Source: Monocercomonoides exilis PA203 (lineage: Eukaryota; Protista; Preaxostyla). From it: a stretch of DNA of 64,000 bases. Below the pieces are notes generated by a model. The model did no database searches and was not told where the DNA came from. It saw only the letters and a program-made list of their open reading frames with translations. Positions 61,787 to 64,000 of the stretch are shown here, piece after piece. Location of the stretch: NCBI GenBank assembly GCA_001643675.2, contig LSRY02000011.1, positions 1,302,001 to 1,366,000 on the forward strand, given 5' to 3'. The number at the start of each line of letters is the position of its first letter. The stretch's first letter is position 1. The translations under genes were made by a program, and so were the position numbers.

Positions 61787-64000
61787 ATGGGTTGTACCCA
61801 AAGTAAAAGTGTAAATGCACCAAAAAGTCCAGTTAAAAAGAAAGGAAATGGAACAGAGACAGGAACAGGAAAAGAGAAGGATCGAGGCATGAAGCCAAAC
61901 GAAAGAGACACGCTTGATGAGCCTGGCACTGTGCCCACCGTCGAGCAAAATGCAAATTCACCACATTTCACAAACACTTCAAATCACAGGGACAGTACAA
62001 CAAGCAGCCAGCTGAGTCCAAGAGTTCAGACATCGCCAGGCGCAAAGGAACACAGTAAAGAAAGCCACGGTAATCCATCACCCTCATCGCCACCACTTAG
62101 AGATGAGCCAATCATCCCAACGGTAGAGCTTCCAAATCTTCCAGACTTGATGCATTCTCCTGGTGAAGAGGATTTACCGCCAGCCCCTGAACTTCCATCT
62201 GATAAAAAAGAAAAAAAGAAGGACAAGGATAAAAAGAAGAAGAAGAAGGAAAAAAAGAAGAAGAAGAAAGAAAAGAAGAAGAGGAAGAAGGAGAAGAAGA
62301 GAAGGAAGAAGGAGGCGCTGCTGCAGGCAGGGGGAGTGAAAGAAGAAGAGTCATCGTCATCTAACGATGATAGTGATTCAGACACTTCGGTCGACCCGGA
62401 CGATCTCCCGCCTGCCGGAGCAGCGCAGGAAGATAGCAGCGAGGATGACTCGAGTGACGACTCAGACTCGGATTCAGATAGCGATAGCGATAGCGATAGT
62501 GATTCGGAGTCGAGTCCGACGAGTGTGAGCAGAGGGGGTGGAAGGGCAGGGGCAGACGACGAAGAGACGAATCTGAAGCTGGTTGAGGATATGGAGCGGA
62601 TGCGGCTGACGGGGACAGGGTTTGTGATTCCGGAGGGGATGAAGAAGACGCAGAAGGAGAAGGAGGCAGAGCTGAAGAGGCGGAAGGAGCAGAAGAAGAA
62701 GGAGAAGGAGGAGAAGAAGCTGCGGAAGAAGCTGAAGGCGGAGAAGATGAAGAGGCTGCGGGAGGAGGAGGAGAAGGCGCGGCAGATGGAGCGGGAGAAG
62801 GAGGAGCGGGAGCGGCGGGAGCAGGAAGAGCGGGAGCGGCGGGAGAGGGAGGAGAAAGAGCGGCGGGAGAGGGAAGAGAAGGCAGCGAGAGAAGAGGCAG
62901 AGCGGGTGCGGCTGATGATGCTGAAGAAGGAGGAGGAAGAGGAGGACTCGTCGAGCTCGGAGGAGTCGAGCAGCACAGACTCGTCGGAGGAAGGAGGAGG
63001 AGGGGGAGGGAACGAGGAGGAGCGGAAGAAGAAGAAGAAAGAGAAGAAGGAGAAGAAAGAGAAGAAGAAGAAGGAGAAGAAGGAAAAGAAGAAGAAGAAG
63101 AAGGAGCAGATGACAGAGGCAGAGGTGATGGAGTATCGGGCGAAGAAGCAGCGGAAGTATCTTGAGAAGCACGGGGGGAAGATTGTGCGGTCTGAGTCGG
63201 CGTCGCCGATGCGGCGGGTGGACGGGGCAGTGCTTCGTCGCACAGCGTCTGTTGGGTCAGCATCATCATCCTCTTCTTCTTCCTCTTCCTCTTCATTGTC
63301 TTCGTTGCGCCCACTGGAGCGGGGCAGAGAGGGGGTGGGGCGGTCGTCGCTGGCGAAGTCGATGGTGCCGGCGAAGCGGTCGGAGCTGGCAGAGGAGCTG
63401 GAGGAGGAGCTGGACCAGCTGGGGCTGCTGATGTCGATGGGAGACCTGGACGGGGCGGAGCCGATCGCGCGGGGCATCTGCAGCACAGTGCTGAAGTGCG
63501 AGTGGCGGGGCACGACGGTGGCGGTGAAGAAGTTTGACGACGAGTTTGCAGACGACCCGCGGCTGGTGAACGAGATCGACATCATGCTGCGGTTCCACGG
63601 GGAGAGCATCATCCCGTTCCTGGGGGCGTCGCTGAACCCGCCGTTCCTGGTGATGGAGTATGCGGAGCGGGGGTCGCTGGCGTCGGTGCTGTACGGGGAG
63701 GACCTGCGGCCGGCGGTGTCGGGGCCGGGCGGGCAGCTGCGGGAGCCGATCAAGGCGAAGGAGCTGGTGTGGGCGACGAAGCTGAACTTCAGCCAGCAGA
63801 TAGCGACGGCGCTGTCGGGGCTGCACGCGGAGAAGAACTTCCACGGAGACCTGCGGGCGTCGCACGTGGTGGTGGAGCGGGACTGGTCGATCCGGATCGC
63901 GGGGTTCGGGACGCCGGCGCGGCTGAACTTCATCAAGACGCGGAAGGACAAGGGGGACGAGGGGCGGCGGGACGAGGAGATGCGGGGCCGGCGGCCGGTG
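61787..64000 (+). CDS. N-acylated (MGCTQS) charged coiled-coil protein with TKL-type kinase-fold domain, probable pseudokinase; runs off the window (absent from ORF track)
   Basis: Open frame from ATG 61787; WRGTTVAVKK, NEIDIM, FLGAS..PFLVMEYAERGSL, HGDLRASH, IRIAGFG. Confidence 0.88.
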   Translation, partial: MGCTQSKSVNAPKSPVKKKGNGTETGTGKEKDRGMKPNERDTLDEPGTVPTVEQNANSPHFTNTSNHRDSTTSSQLSPRVQTSPGAKEHSKESHGNPSPSSPPLRDEPIIPTVELPNLPDLMHSPGEEDLPPAPELPSDKKEKKKDKDKKKKKKEKKKKKKEKKKRKKEKKRRKKEALLQAGGVKEEESSSSNDDSDSDTSVDPDDLPPAGAAQEDSSEDDSSDDSDSDSDSDSDSDSDSESSPTSVSRGGGRAGADDEETNLKLVEDMERMRLTGTGFVIPEGMKKTQKEKEAELKRRKEQKKKEKEEKKLRKKLKAEKMKRLREEEEKARQMEREKEERERREQEERERREREEKERREREEKAAREEAERVRLMMLKKEEEEEDSSSSEESSSTDSSEEGGGGGGNEEERKKKKKEKKEKKEKKKKEKKEKKKKKKEQMTEAEVMEYRAKKQRKYLEKHGGKIVRSESASPMRRVDGAVLRRTASVGSASSSSSSSSSSSLSSLRPLERGREGVGRSSLAKSMVPAKRSELAEELEEELDQLGLLMSMGDLDGAEPIARGICSTVLKCEWRGTTVAVKKFDDEFADDPRLVNEIDIMLRFHGESIIPFLGASLNPPFLVMEYAERGSLASVLYGEDLRPAVSGPGGQLREPIKAKELVWATKLNFSQQIATALSGLHAEKNFHGDLRASHVVVERDWSIRIAGFGTPARLNFIKTRKDKGDEGRRDEEMRGRRPV

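Noticed and set aside
62026-63951. 641-aa minus-strand ORF and other antisense/overlapping ORFs across the large genes
   Set aside because: Shadows of low-complexity or GC-rich sense-strand coding sequence; the kinase motifs are on the plus strand

Overview
Eukaryotic, AT-rich, intron-containing (short GT-AG introns) protist DNA in the standard genetic code. The Ser/Glu/Lys low-complexity proteins and intron style resemble an anaerobic metamonad such as the oxymonad Monocercomonoides; this is inference, not proven. Gene-dense blocks alternate with two repeat islands (about 11.5-26.6 kb and 48.3-54.5 kb). Host genes: a giant low-complexity protein (5' truncated), an RNF5/RMA1-like RING E3, a TFIIS-central-domain protein, tRNA-Leu(CAA), tRNA-Glu(TTC), a CBM20 + dual-specificity phosphatase (laforin-like architecture), calcineurin A, Pirh2/RCHY1, an equilibrative nucleoside transporter, PP2C, ribosomal protein eS27, a HYLS1-like protein and an MGC-acylated TKL-type pseudokinase (3' truncated). 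The highlight is one gene of about 4250 aa (45810-32952, minus strand, single 103-nt intron joining the two ORF-track ORFs). It encodes FAAL-ACP-KS-AT-DH-KR-ACP-[PLP-dependent AONS/SPT-family condensing domain]-TM and lacks an enoyl reductase. This looks like a membrane-anchored, one-protein sphingoid-base/amino-lipid assembly line that could install the trans-4 double bond without O2. The repeat islands hold two 1449-bp Merlin (IS1595-like) transposons with 8-bp TSDs nested in the same MITE, a Tc1/IS630 relic, several MITE/foldback families and two TIR-bounded segments carrying decayed host-gene fragments, one of them IQCH-like.
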